Shown: positions 49,030 to 59,350 of the stretch, piece by piece
How the letters are laid out: each line of letters opens with the position of its first letter
Position numbering within the stretch: the first letter of the stretch is position 1
Origin: Candidatus Latescibacterota bacterium
GTDB taxonomy: Bacteria; Latescibacterota; UBA2968
Length of the DNA stretch: 64,000 bases
Direction: 5' to 3'
Assembly (NCBI GenBank): GCA_965222605.1
Contig: OZ244960.1
Span: forward strand, 2,400,001 to 2,464,000
Position numbers and translations under genes: made by a program
The notes under the pieces: generated by a model
What the model was told of the DNA's origin: nothing
Database searches by the model: none
What the model saw: the letters and a program-made list of their open reading frames with translations, nothing else

Positions 49030-49481
49030 ACTGTAGCTTCAATCGCAACAGAACCGCGTGCAATTGCTTCGTACAATCCCGAGTCAAAAAGCCATTGGAG
49101 ATTTGGATCAACCCCATCTGGTTGAAGGTCTGTATGAACGATACCCTCCAGCCACGAAGTCATAATCATCTCGAAGCCATACTTACTTAGATCATTAAGC
49201 GCCCATGGTAATTGGTTAAGATATGGTGCCAGTATTCCCGTAGTCTTTATTTTATAGTCTGGTTTTGCCAGATTACTTGCAGACATGGCATCTGTCCACA
49301 AATAAAAAAAATCGGGAAGCACGAGCAGGAAGTAGGGCGCACGCGGTATGAATGAATGGACCAACAAATTGTGGCGCAGGCGGGCGGCCCATTCGGCGGA
49401 CGCGCCAGGTCTGTTTTTAATTTCGACGACCAGTTGAAGTTGTCCATCTGGATCATATACCGCAATATCGGCGCCTGTCAT
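49026..49481 (-). CDS. Hypothetical protein with PD-(D/E)XK-like motif
   Basis: GGAGG RBS; ADIAVYD..G.LQLVVEIK. ATGA overlap with the PIN gene. Confidence 0.6.
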   Translation of the reverse strand: MTGADIAVYDPDGQLQLVVEIKNRPGASAEWAARLRHNLLVHSFIPRAPYFLLVLPDFFYLWTDAMSASNLAKPDYKIKTTGILAPYLNQLPWALNDLSKYGFEMIMTSWLEGIVHTDLQPDGVDPNLQWLFDSGLYEAIARGSVAIEATV

Positions 49482-49608
49482 TTTATAAACCTCCAAAGTA
49501 TAACTGGCTACAATTCCACATCCACGAACCTGGGAAACTCTTTCCAATTAAAGCACATCTGTCAGTTTGTCAATACCGACAGTTCAAATATTTTTAATTC
49601 TTGCCGCA

Positions 49609-52083
49609 TCAATGCGATATCCCCAACTGATGCATCCGCCGGTGAATCGCTTGACGGGCTTCGATAAAGGGACGCTCCAGGTACGCGAGATGGTCTAACT
49701 CGCCGTGATGGTGCGTCGCCGTGCCGGGAGCGTGCCGGGCAGCGGTTTGACGGATATAGGATAGATCGCCATCGATGAGCGTGAGCATATACTGGGCGGC
49801 TTCCTGATCGAACATCCACCACTCGCCACCGCAGGCGATATAAATCGGCGAAGTATGGGCGAATATCCCCCGCCCCCAGCCATCGTGATGGGGAACACTG
49901 GTATAGTTGGGACCGGCACATCGGGCGGCAATCCAGGTGTGCCCATCCACTTTCACCTGTGCCTTCAACGCCAGTCGCCGCGCACCTTTATTGTCTTCCG
50001 TCGAAGCAACGACGCGCCCTGCCTGAACGATCTCGAGCGTATGAATCGGGAAAATACTCTCCGCCCACGCTTCGACCTCCACCGTACCAGCCCCCGACAA
50101 CCGCATTGTATCGCCAACGCGGTGTCCATCTGCGGTGAGGTGAATGATGGGACCTCCGCTGTGAAATGTTCGCCCCTGCGCTACACTTTTGCACCAATTA
50201 TCGTAGGTAAATTCCTCGTCGGGTAGATAGGCGTAAGTGCGGTAAATACCGACAGGTACATCGCTGCTCATCTTATCCGTTCCGCCAACCAGCGGCAAGC
50301 GGTAACCGCAGTTGAGGTAGCGGTAGTATTCCAGATGGTTAAACGGCGCATGACGCAGCATCTCCACGCCATCCGCGCGGCCGGTGGCAATCAGTGCCGC
50401 AGGTTCGCCATTCGGATTCGGGAGATGCGGGATGATGACCGAGCCTCCCTGCGCATGACACTGGTCCGCCCAATCACTCATCGTGATCTCCAGCGTTCCA
50501 CCCAGTTCGGACTCACCAGGACCGTCACTGCACCACGGCATCACCGGCTCTTTGAGGCCCCAGAGGATGAGATGCCCCAGAAAGTGCTGCCTATTCTCCT
50601 GGCCGACATAGACGATATTGTTCCCGTCTTGCGAGATACTCGGCCGACCCGTGAAATCCTCCGTATTAGTAAAAAGATTGCCCCACTGCGACGGGAGCAG
50701 ATTGACGATATTGAGATCCTCCCCCTGGGACTCCGTATGACTTCCCTGTGTCGAGAGGAAGTGAACGTGCGAATCGCCGCTGTACCATCCCTCCGCGTTC
50801 ATGTGAATCCATCGCTTGAGACGCAAAGTCAGTTCGCGTTGTCCCGGTTCGATCTTCATCCGCGTCCGCAGCGGCTCATACTCGAATCCCCGAGCGACAT
50901 CCACGATGACCTCGCCGCGCGGCAGCCACCCCTGGCAACGACCATCGATGTACGCGTAGGTGATTTGTCCGAGCCGTAGATCTCCCCCGATATCAATATG
51001 CCAGCTATCGAGGTTGGAATTGACCTGATTGTGATGCCCGTAAGGTTGATAGGGAATGCCTTCCGGCGAGCGGAAATGGACGCGGCAAGGGATGGGCTTG
51101 CCCGTGTCGTCATCGAGGACGGTAACGTGAACCCAGTTCCGTCCCCGGTCCAGGAGCTCCACGCGCATTCGCGGGGTTTCAACCACCTTCTTCTCCTCGA
51201 CATCACCCCACTTGACCTCGCCCACCTTTTCCTCACCCTGCTTCACCGTCATCGTGGCCGACGGAGTGGCAGCGACCTCGACATAAGCCGGGCTTGACCT
51301 GGGATTCTGCGCTTCTCCCCAACCGGCGAAATCATCATTGACGAAATCCTCTGCAGATGCTTCGGGCAGTGGATGAACATAAGTTGCCGTCCCCCGATCT
51401 ACTTCCACGCTAAGGTCAAACGGTTTTTCCGCGTCTTCAGGATGGGTCAGGATCAGGCGCGCTTCCCGCTTCCCGTGACGTACAAAGGGATGCTCGTCGA
51501 GGTGCGAAAGCGTGACGCCGGCGATGATAAAACGCGGACCACCCGGGATAATCTCCAGCGACTCGACTGTGCGATCCGGTTGAGGATTCTCCCAGGCCCA
51601 CAGAAAGTAACCGCGGGCCGTGCCGCGCGACACTTCGGTCTGACGTCGCCCCATATCCGCCCATTTCCCTTCGTAACGCGGCAGCAGTTGGTCGTTCCGG
51701 TCCGGAAGTGCGAGGAAGGGCGCGCCGCCGTCGGATAGATGTGCAATTTCAAATCGCTCACGGATGGGGATGCGGATCTCTTCGCCGCTCGCCATCCGGA
51801 ACAAATAATCCGCCACGGTCTTCCCCAATGCGCCGCCCTCCATCAGATCGGATTCCAGCAGGCGATGGGCAATGATCACGTAGCGTGCCGACTGGTTGAT
51901 TGGAATGGTCACGCTCCCAGAAGCGTCATCCAGCGCGATAAAACAATTCGAACCGTCGTCGTTTACCAAAAACGGCAGACCGCGGAAGGAATGTTTGCCT
52001 ATGGGGGCATTCGCGTTTGCGCCCAGGACTTCCAGCCCTGCACTGCATAACGTCGATAAATCAAGTGGTTGATAGTCAGCCAT
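49609..52083 (-). CDS. CehA/McbA-like PHP-fold metallohydrolase
   Basis: GWYSGDSHVH, GQENR, HL, LNCGYRLP.VGGTD, AHTSPIY; 824 aa. Confidence 0.75.
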   Translation of the reverse strand: MADYQPLDLSTLCSAGLEVLGANANAPIGKHSFRGLPFLVNDDGSNCFIALDDASGSVTIPINQSARYVIIAHRLLESDLMEGGALGKTVADYLFRMASGEEIRIPIRERFEIAHLSDGGAPFLALPDRNDQLLPRYEGKWADMGRRQTEVSRGTARGYFLWAWENPQPDRTVESLEIIPGGPRFIIAGVTLSHLDEHPFVRHGKREARLILTHPEDAEKPFDLSVEVDRGTATYVHPLPEASAEDFVNDDFAGWGEAQNPRSSPAYVEVAATPSATMTVKQGEEKVGEVKWGDVEEKKVVETPRMRVELLDRGRNWVHVTVLDDDTGKPIPCRVHFRSPEGIPYQPYGHHNQVNSNLDSWHIDIGGDLRLGQITYAYIDGRCQGWLPRGEVIVDVARGFEYEPLRTRMKIEPGQRELTLRLKRWIHMNAEGWYSGDSHVHFLSTQGSHTESQGEDLNIVNLLPSQWGNLFTNTEDFTGRPSISQDGNNIVYVGQENRQHFLGHLILWGLKEPVMPWCSDGPGESELGGTLEITMSDWADQCHAQGGSVIIPHLPNPNGEPAALIATGRADGVEMLRHAPFNHLEYYRYLNCGYRLPLVGGTDKMSSDVPVGIYRTYAYLPDEEFTYDNWCKSVAQGRTFHSGGPIIHLTADGHRVGDTMRLSGAGTVEVEAWAESIFPIHTLEIVQAGRVVASTEDNKGARRLALKAQVKVDGHTWIAARCAGPNYTSVPHHDGWGRGIFAHTSPIYIACGGEWWMFDQEAAQYMLTLIDGDLSYIRQTAARHAPGTATHHHGELDHLAYLERPFIEARQAIHRRMHQLGISH

Positions 52084-52128
52084 GAGAGGTATCCTTTCTT
52101 TTATGGGGTATGTATCAATGACGGCTTA

Positions 52129-53817
52129 TCACAAAAAATCCAGATCTGCACCGAGGTGAGCGGGCAAAACGCATTTGGCATACAGATGTCGCCATCCGCG
52201 CTCGGGAATTGGCGCAGGCACAAAAGCCTCGCGGCGACGCGCAAGCTCTGCTGCATTGACCAGCAAATCAATGCGGCGTTCTTTTGCATTCAACTCAACC
52301 ATATCGCCATCGCGCACAAAAGCAAGCGGTCCTCCTGTCGCCGCCTCGGGAGAACAGTGCAACACCACCGTGCCATAAGACGTCCCACTCATACGCGCAT
52401 CGGAAATCCGCACCATATCTTTGACCCCCTTTTGCGCCAGATATTTGGGAATGGGAAGAGACCCCGCCTCCGGGAACCCATCTCCCACGGGACCGGCATT
52501 TCGCAAAACCATCACATGATCGGGCGTAATATTGAGCGCGGGATCATCAATCCGCGCTGCTGCGTCCTCAGCAGAATCAAAAACAACCGCGGGACCTCGA
52601 TGGGTGAGCAATTCGGGAGATGCGGCAGCAACCTTGAGCACAGCCCCATCCGGCGCCAGATTGCCGCGAATCACAATCAACGCGCCCGTAGCGCCAAGTG
52701 GATTGTCCAGCGTGCGAATAGTACTTTGCCAGGGCTGAGGAGATTGAACCGTCTTCAAATAATCGCCCAGCGTTTGCCCCGCAATCGTCGGCACAGAACA
52801 ATCCAGCAGAGACTCCAGTGCCTTAAGCAACGCGGGAACCCCACCCGCCTGGTGAAAATCCTCCATATAACCCGCACCTGCGGGTTTGCAATCCACGAGC
52901 AAAGGCACATGTTCCGACACCTCGTGCATATCCTCAAGGGTAAGTCGAGTTCCCGCACGCCGCGCAATAGCCAGAAGATGAACAATCGCATTGGTAGAAC
53001 CACTCAGCGCATGGAGCACCGCAAGCGCATTGAGAAATGACGCCCGCGTGAGCAATTGTGCAGGACGCCGTCCTGCGCGAGCCAGAGCAACAGCCATGCG
53101 TCCAGACCGCACACCCACGCGCAGGCGATCTCCCGTACCCGAAAGCGGTGTCGCCCCACCGGAAACCATCAAACCGAGCGTCTCGACCACACTCGCCATC
53201 GTTGAAGCAGTCCCCATAACCATACAGGTCCCGGGCGTACTGCAAAGCGACTGCGACACACCTTCGATTTGCTGCTCGTTTAGTTCACCAGCGCGATATT
53301 GCGCCCAATAGCGGCGGCAATCCGTACACGCACCCAATCTTTCACCTTGCCACGAACCGGTTCGCATCGCGCCAGAAACGACCTGAACAGCGGGAATATT
53401 TGCCGAAGCAGCAGCCATCAATTGTGCCGGCACAGTCTTATCGCACCCCCCCATCAGCACCACAGCATCCATAGGTTGAGCCGTAATCAGCTCTTCGGTC
53501 TCCATAGACAGCAGATTCCGAAAAAGCATCGTCGTAGGCGAAAAGAAAATCTCATTCAGCGAAAGCGTGGGAAACACAAAAGGCAAACCACCGCCCTCGA
53601 GAACCCCGCGTTTGACCGCTTCGATCAAATCGGGCATATGCCCGTGGCATGGGTTATAATCAGAAGCCGTCGATGCAATACCAATAACGGGCCGATCCAC
53701 ATCTTCGCCATCATATCCCGCAGCCGCGAGAAACGCCCTGCGAATATATTTGCTAAATTCCGGATCGCCGTAGCTGGTCAAATTTCGATTGATACCGGTG
53801 TCTGTTGATTGGGTCAT
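52129..53817 (-). CDS. IlvD/Edd-family dehydratase (probably acting on a sugar acid)
   Basis: NPCH, GGCDKT, GTCMVMGTASTM, GSTNA, SDARMSGTSYG, HCSPEA. Confidence 0.9.
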   Translation of the reverse strand: MTQSTDTGINRNLTSYGDPEFSKYIRRAFLAAAGYDGEDVDRPVIGIASTASDYNPCHGHMPDLIEAVKRGVLEGGGLPFVFPTLSLNEIFFSPTTMLFRNLLSMETEELITAQPMDAVVLMGGCDKTVPAQLMAAASANIPAVQVVSGAMRTGSWQGERLGACTDCRRYWAQYRAGELNEQQIEGVSQSLCSTPGTCMVMGTASTMASVVETLGLMVSGGATPLSGTGDRLRVGVRSGRMAVALARAGRRPAQLLTRASFLNALAVLHALSGSTNAIVHLLAIARRAGTRLTLEDMHEVSEHVPLLVDCKPAGAGYMEDFHQAGGVPALLKALESLLDCSVPTIAGQTLGDYLKTVQSPQPWQSTIRTLDNPLGATGALIVIRGNLAPDGAVLKVAAASPELLTHRGPAVVFDSAEDAAARIDDPALNITPDHVMVLRNAGPVGDGFPEAGSLPIPKYLAQKGVKDMVRISDARMSGTSYGTVVLHCSPEAATGGPLAFVRDGDMVELNAKERRIDLLVNAAELARRREAFVPAPIPERGWRHLYAKCVLPAHLGADLDFL

Positions 53818-55658
53818 GATGTCATAGATAGAAGCGCGTGCTCTGCTGAATCGAGCATGCCATTGACAATCTCTTTGGCGAACTGATCGACATTCTCGCG
53901 TGTCTGAGCCAGATCCTCCCCAGTTAGGTCCTCATAATCAGCCGAAGTCGCCGAAACATAATACTTGATCTTGGGCTCTGTACCAGAGGGCCGAGCCGTA
54001 ACCCGCGTATGCCCTTTCTCCGTCAAGGTAAATGCGAGAACATTGCCCGTACTCCCCTGGATTGTGCGCGTAGTACCCGTCTGAAGATTGCGCACAGTAT
54101 TGGTCTGGCGATCAATAACCTCAACCACCTTGTGCCCGCCAATTGCAGCAGGCGGATCCTGGCGCAGACCATTCATAATCTGCGCGATCTCCTCATTGCC
54201 CCGCGCACCTTCTCGATACGTAGATTTCTGCACCTCGCAAAAATAGCCGAACGCGCGATAAATATCATCCAGATAATCCCGCAACGTGCGGCCTTGCCTT
54301 TTAAGTTCAGCAGCGCATTCCGCGAGCAAAACCGCAGCAACAGCCGCATCCTTATCGCGCACAAAATCGGTAAATAAATAACCGTGGCTCTCTTCCGCAC
54401 CAAACACAAAAGTCTGATCCTCTGACAAATTGTTAATCACATCGCCGATATATTTGAACCCGACGAGCAGATCATCAACCGGTGTCAGACCAAAATGCCC
54501 AGCAATAAGACTAATGAGATCTGTCGTGACAATCGTCTTGCACACAACCCCCCCATCGGACAATTTATTCTGATCCTTAAGCGAAGCCAAAATATAATAA
54601 CACAAAATAGCACCGATCTGGTTGCCATTAATCGCGAGATCTTCGGGAGCGGCATCCCAGCCCTTCTGCGGATGAGGCAGTGCACAACCCAGGCGGTCGG
54701 CATCTGGATCGCTGGCCAGAGCAATATCAGCCCGAATTAGTTTTGCATCTTCAATAGCCAGAGAAAGCGCGCCGGGATCTTCGGGATTGGCCACCCCTCC
54801 TGCCACCGTCGGAAAATTGCCATCCGGAATATCCTGCGTCTCAACAACGCGAAGATGAGCATAGCCGAGCTTCTGAAGCGCGGGCACAACACTCGTTGCA
54901 CCAACGCCGTGCAGCGGCGTATATACGACACTTATATCGCGGGCATCACAAAGGGAAAGATCGGCCAAATTTTCGACATATTGCGCGTCGAGCTTTGCAT
55001 CGAGCACCTGAATCAGCCCTCGTTCTACCCCCTCCTCATAATCAACACTATTGAGACGCTTAACCGCACCAACCTCGGCAATAATATTTTTATCGTGCGG
55101 CGGAACAACCTGCCCGCCATCTATCCAATACGCCTTAAAACCATTATCCGAAGGAGGATTGTGACTCGCGCTGATCACCACACCTGCAACAGCACCCGTC
55201 TGGCAAAGCGCGAAAGAAAGATGAGGCGTTGCGCGGGGGCCATCAAACAGACGCGCGACAATACCATTACCCGCAATAATCGAAGCGGTCTCCCGCGCGA
55301 AAACATCCGAATTATTGCGCGTGTCATACGCGATCACCACACCCTTATCTCTGGCATCTTCAATACCCGATTTGAGAATGTACTGCGCCAAACCCTGAGC
55401 CGCTTCTCCAATCGTTCTCAAATTGATACGATTGGGACCCGGCCCCATCTTACCCCGAATACCGCCCGTGCCAAACTCGATATGGGTGCGAAAAGCATCC
55501 TCGAGTTCATCTATATCCTCATTTTCAACAAGCAATTGAATTTCCGTTACAAAATCGGCAAACTCTGGATCAATAAGCCATTGTGAAAGTGCTCGAAATG
55601 CCGCGGCAGAAATCCTGTTCTCTGCCGCCCAGTTTTTGACCTGTTGGTGTATCGTCAT
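53814..55658 (-). CDS. pgm: Phosphoglucomutase/phosphomannomutase
   Basis: FGTGGIRG, SASHNP, DPDADR, EESHGY, RPSGTEPKIKYY. Confidence 0.92.
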   Translation of the reverse strand: MTIHQQVKNWAAENRISAAAFRALSQWLIDPEFADFVTEIQLLVENEDIDELEDAFRTHIEFGTGGIRGKMGPGPNRINLRTIGEAAQGLAQYILKSGIEDARDKGVVIAYDTRNNSDVFARETASIIAGNGIVARLFDGPRATPHLSFALCQTGAVAGVVISASHNPPSDNGFKAYWIDGGQVVPPHDKNIIAEVGAVKRLNSVDYEEGVERGLIQVLDAKLDAQYVENLADLSLCDARDISVVYTPLHGVGATSVVPALQKLGYAHLRVVETQDIPDGNFPTVAGGVANPEDPGALSLAIEDAKLIRADIALASDPDADRLGCALPHPQKGWDAAPEDLAINGNQIGAILCYYILASLKDQNKLSDGGVVCKTIVTTDLISLIAGHFGLTPVDDLLVGFKYIGDVINNLSEDQTFVFGAEESHGYLFTDFVRDKDAAVAAVLLAECAAELKRQGRTLRDYLDDIYRAFGYFCEVQKSTYREGARGNEEIAQIMNGLRQDPPAAIGGHKVVEVIDRQTNTVRNLQTGTTRTIQGSTGNVLAFTLTEKGHTRVTARPSGTEPKIKYYVSATSADYEDLTGEDLAQTRENVDQFAKEIVNGMLDSAEHALLSMTS

Positions 55659-55777
55659 AAATGCTCCTGTTCATCGCGTTTGCCTGACCATCTACCGCCA
55701 AATATTGCAATCTACACGCCACCGTGTCAAGTGCATAGACAAAATTACTTGACTTTAACCCTCATTTATGCCCTATT

Positions 55778-56524
55778 TTGAAAATGCTCACATCAATCTT
55801 CATCGCCATTGGCCTTGTGCTGGGTATCCCCCTCGCTATTCTAATACTTTTCATATTCTTGCCCATCCGCATACGCGCAACGGGATACTACCGAGAAAAC
55901 GACTACAACATATCTGGTTCTGCGCGTGGTTGTGCCGGGCTATGGGGTATTATTTGCGAGATAGACAAAAGAGGATTGCAATTGCGCGTGGTTATCGGAC
56001 GCTGGACCGCGTGGCATCCCCAGGAGAAACCTCTATCATCGGACTCAACAACAGAATCCAAAAAAGAAAGAGATATCTCCGCCGAACCACAACGGGACAG
56101 GCCGAAAAAAAAATCACATCCAACAGAGACCTTGCGCGCAAGGGCGAAACAATACCTGAACTATGCTACAGAAGCGCGCCCCATTCTGACGCGATTTTTA
56201 AAGCGCTTGCCCAAAACAATAGCACTCCAACACGCGGAATTGAATCTGGAGTTAGGGACAGACGACCCCGCCTTCACCGGACGTCTATTTGGATATATAG
56301 AAACGACCAAACGCATCTTTGGCAAACGCATCCACATCTCAATCACCCCTGATTTTGTGCAGCCGCGCTTTGCTGTGTCGGGGACCTTGAGACTCTCCAT
56401 TTATCTTCACCGTTTAATATTCGCTGCACTCGCTCTGGTCGTGCGCGGCGGACTCTTACGCGCAAAAATCTGGTGGACAAAGCGCAAAATCAGGCGCAAA
56501 GTCCCCTTAACTGCTAACTGCTAA
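55778..56524 (+). CDS. DUF2953/YtfI-like membrane-anchored protein
   Basis: N-terminal TM helix, LGTDDPAFTG.LFG, ITPDF; sits upstream of a ytfJ-like gene. Confidence 0.7.
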   Translation: MKMLTSIFIAIGLVLGIPLAILILFIFLPIRIRATGYYRENDYNISGSARGCAGLWGIICEIDKRGLQLRVVIGRWTAWHPQEKPLSSDSTTESKKERDISAEPQRDRPKKKSHPTETLRARAKQYLNYATEARPILTRFLKRLPKTIALQHAELNLELGTDDPAFTGRLFGYIETTKRIFGKRIHISITPDFVQPRFAVSGTLRLSIYLHRLIFAALALVVRGGLLRAKIWWTKRKIRRKVPLTANC

Positions 56525-56529
56525 TTGCC

Positions 56530-56590
56530 GGGACGGCACAGGGACCGTCCCCTACGATGATATGGTGGTTTTTGTAGGGGCGACCCCCCC
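56530..56590. repeat. Inverted GTAG-REP doublet, second copy truncated
   Basis: GGGACGGCACAGGGACCGTCCCCTAC-GATGATAT...-GTAGGGGCGACCCCC. Confidence 0.75.
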
Positions 56591-56668
56591 GTATAAAAGC
56601 ATTACGGGGCAGGCTCTGTGGTCGTCCGCTGACTGCTGATTATCGCGACTTTATTTATCGGAGGGAAT

Positions 56669-57052
56669 ATGGCCATCGAAGACATGGTACGAACAATGTT
56701 ACACGAACTGCGTGAAATCGTAAAAACCGAAACCGTGGTAGGCGAGCCTGTTGTTATAGGCGATATCACCATGATACCCGTATCCAAAATATCCTTTGGA
56801 TTTGGCGCAGGAGGTGGACAGGGAAAAAAAGACGACGGCAACAGTGGCACAGGCGGAGGCGGCTCTGTACAACCCGTGGCATTCATCGTCATACAAAAAG
56901 GCAAAGCACAACTCCTCCCCCTCGAAGACAAAAGCATGTCCCTCACCGATTTGCTCAAATACGCGCCCGATGTGCTCGAAAAAATTAAAGCGTTTAAGGA
57001 TAAGCGGAAAAAAAAGAAAGAAGAGGAAGGCGACAGCGAAGAAAAAAAATAA
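56669..57052 (+). CDS. GerW/YtfJ family protein
   Basis: TETVVGEP, IPVSKISFGFGAGGG, GGGGSVQPVAFIVI. Confidence 0.88.
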   Translation: MAIEDMVRTMLHELREIVKTETVVGEPVVIGDITMIPVSKISFGFGAGGGQGKKDDGNSGTGGGGSVQPVAFIVIQKGKAQLLPLEDKSMSLTDLLKYAPDVLEKIKAFKDKRKKKKEEEGDSEEKK

Positions 57053-57059
57053 GAATAAT

Positions 57060-59153
57060 ATGCTCTCAAACTTGAACCAGCCCCTGCGAACACTACCCGG
57101 CATCGGGCTAAAGCGCGAAAAAGTATTGGAAAACGCCGGCATCGCCACCGTGGGCGATCTCCTATTGTATGTGCCCTATCGGTATATAGATCGATCCACC
57201 GAAGTTGGGATCGCACAATTACCGCTGGAGCGGGAAGTGACCGCAGTTGGCGAGATTATAAGCATGCAAATAATCCCCGGCAAGCGTCGGCGATTCGTCA
57301 TGACAGTCGAAGACCAGACCGGATCAGTCGCCTGCACCTGGTTTGGGGGAATTCAATATTTCAAAAATTCATATCGCGCAGGCGACATCGTAGCACTCGG
57401 AGGCAAATTGACGCGGTTTGGGCGCACATTGCAAATGGTACACCCCGAAATAGAGGTACTGGCAAACGAAGAAGACGACAATCAGCGGCTGCATACCGGA
57501 CGCATTATTCCGCTGTATTCGACCACATCAAAAATGAAAGCAGACCGCCTCACAGCCCGCGCACTCCGCCGCCTGTTATTCGCCGCGCTACAAGCTATTG
57601 GAGATCAGATCGAAGACCCATTAGACGAAGGCATACGCAAACGCTGTGGCATAATGCCCCTGCGAGACGCAATTGAAAAAATCCATTTCCCAGACACAAC
57701 AACGGATATAGATACTGCGCGGCAACGCCTATCTTTTGATGAAATCTTCTATATCCAGCTTTACCTCGGACACGCAAAAAAGCTGCGCCAGCGCACCCCC
57801 GGGCGCATTCTGACATCCAGCGGACCACTAACGCGACAACTCGTGGCGAATCTGCCCTTTAAACTAACGCAAGCGCAAACGCACGCCATCGAAGAAATCG
57901 GCCGCGACTTACAGCGACCCGTCGCCATGCACCGCCTGTTGCAGGGCGACGTGGGATCCGGCAAAACCCTGGTCGCCCTCCACGCCATGTTATGTGCTGC
58001 AGATAGCGGCGCGCAAGCCGCCTTAATGGCACCCACAGAAATCCTGGCCGAGCAGCACGCCCATACCATTCGGGAACTCGTCGCCCCATTGGGCTTAGAC
58101 ATCGCACTGGTAACAGGACGCATGCGAAAGGCGCAACGCGCCAAAATACTGGACGGCTTGGGTTCTGGAAAAATAAAACTGTTCGTAGGCACACATGCCC
58201 TGTTGCAAAATGACATCGCATTTGCCGATCTCGCGCTCATCGTGGTCGATGAGCAACATCGTTTTGGCGTGGTCCAGCGCGCCCTATTGCGCGAAAAAGG
58301 CAATGCGACCCATCTTCTGGTCATGACCGCCACCCCCATACCCAGATCCCTATCGCTAACCCTGTACGGCGATCTGGATGTCACCATCATCAACGCCCTG
58401 CCGCCCGGTCGCATCCCTGTACGCACCGGATGGCGTTTTGCACAGGACCGCGCCCGAGCACTGCAATTTCTGAGTAGCGAACTGAAACAGAGACGTCAAG
58501 CATATATAGTCTATCCACTCGTATCCGAATCCGAAAAGAGCGACCTGCAAGCCGCCACCGCCGCCTTTGAAGACCTGCAACAGGGCGCACTCGCCAACTT
58601 CCGGTTGGGCTTGCTTCACGGTCGGCTAAAACGCGACGAAAAAGAGACCGCGATGTCGGCTTTCAGGCGCGGCGACCTGGACACCCTCGTCACGACAACA
58701 GTCATCGAAGTCGGCGTCGATGTACCCAATGCCACAGTCATGATGGTCGAACACGCCGAGCGCTTTGGACTGTCCCAGTTACACCAATTGCGCGGGCGCG
58801 TGGGACGAGGTCAACATCAATCCTACTGCATCTTAATTGCAGACCCCCAGGACGCGCTATCGGGTGAGGCACATGAACGCCTGGACGCCATGGCGCGAAC
58901 AACGGACGGATTCGAAATCTCAGAAGCCGATTTAAGCATCCGGGGACCCGGACATATTTTTGGCACCCAACAAGCCGGCTTCCCCAAATTTCACTTTGCC
59001 GACCTCGCCCGCGATGGCGCCTTAATCACCGCCGCACGTCGAGAAGCGCAAGCACTCTTAAGCCGCGACCCAAATTTGACCTCGCACATCGTATTGAAAC
59101 GAGAATTAGACGCAACCGCGCTCCACGACCTGCAAATTGTAGAGGCGGGGTAA
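57060..59153 (+). CDS. recG: ATP-dependent DNA helicase RecG
   Basis: RLLQGDVGSGKT, DEQHRFGV, MTATPIPRSL, QLHQLRGRVGRG, DGFEISEADL.IRGPG. Confidence 0.97.
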   Translation: MLSNLNQPLRTLPGIGLKREKVLENAGIATVGDLLLYVPYRYIDRSTEVGIAQLPLEREVTAVGEIISMQIIPGKRRRFVMTVEDQTGSVACTWFGGIQYFKNSYRAGDIVALGGKLTRFGRTLQMVHPEIEVLANEEDDNQRLHTGRIIPLYSTTSKMKADRLTARALRRLLFAALQAIGDQIEDPLDEGIRKRCGIMPLRDAIEKIHFPDTTTDIDTARQRLSFDEIFYIQLYLGHAKKLRQRTPGRILTSSGPLTRQLVANLPFKLTQAQTHAIEEIGRDLQRPVAMHRLLQGDVGSGKTLVALHAMLCAADSGAQAALMAPTEILAEQHAHTIRELVAPLGLDIALVTGRMRKAQRAKILDGLGSGKIKLFVGTHALLQNDIAFADLALIVVDEQHRFGVVQRALLREKGNATHLLVMTATPIPRSLSLTLYGDLDVTIINALPPGRIPVRTGWRFAQDRARALQFLSSELKQRRQAYIVYPLVSESEKSDLQAATAAFEDLQQGALANFRLGLLHGRLKRDEKETAMSAFRRGDLDTLVTTTVIEVGVDVPNATVMMVEHAERFGLSQLHQLRGRVGRGQHQSYCILIADPQDALSGEAHERLDAMARTTDGFEISEADLSIRGPGHIFGTQQAGFPKFHFADLARDGALITAARREAQALLSRDPNLTSHIVLKRELDATALHDLQIVEAG

Positions 59154-59159
59154 CTGCTG

Positions 59160-59231
59160 GGGACGGCACAGGGGCCGTCCCCTACGATGATATTGTTAAT
59201 CTGGTGTAGGGGCGCCTCCCTGTGGGCGCCC
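59160..59231. repeat. Inverted GTAG-REP doublet
   Basis: GGGACGGCACAGGGGCCGTCCCCTAC-N20-GTAGGGGCGCCTCCCTGTGGGCGCCC. Confidence 0.8.
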
Positions 59232-59246
59232 GCTGACCGCTAACAG

Positions 59247-59275
59247 TTGACACCCATATTGTATTATGGTAGATT
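59247..59275 (+). promoter_or_regulatory. Sigma-70 promoter for the pfkB-hflKC run
   Basis: TTGACA-N17-TAGATT with an extended TGn. Confidence 0.55.
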
Positions 59276-59350
59276 GATTTGGCTTTCTTATGCATCCCAT
59301 GTTCATCTGCGTCATCTGCGGATGTTTCTTTATTACCCGGAAACTGACTG

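Noticed and set aside
49545-49585. Promoter and operator for the PD-(D/E)XK/PIN pair
   Set aside because: TTGACA is present, but the best -10 (TTTAAT) is at 15-nt spacing and the inverted repeat is short.
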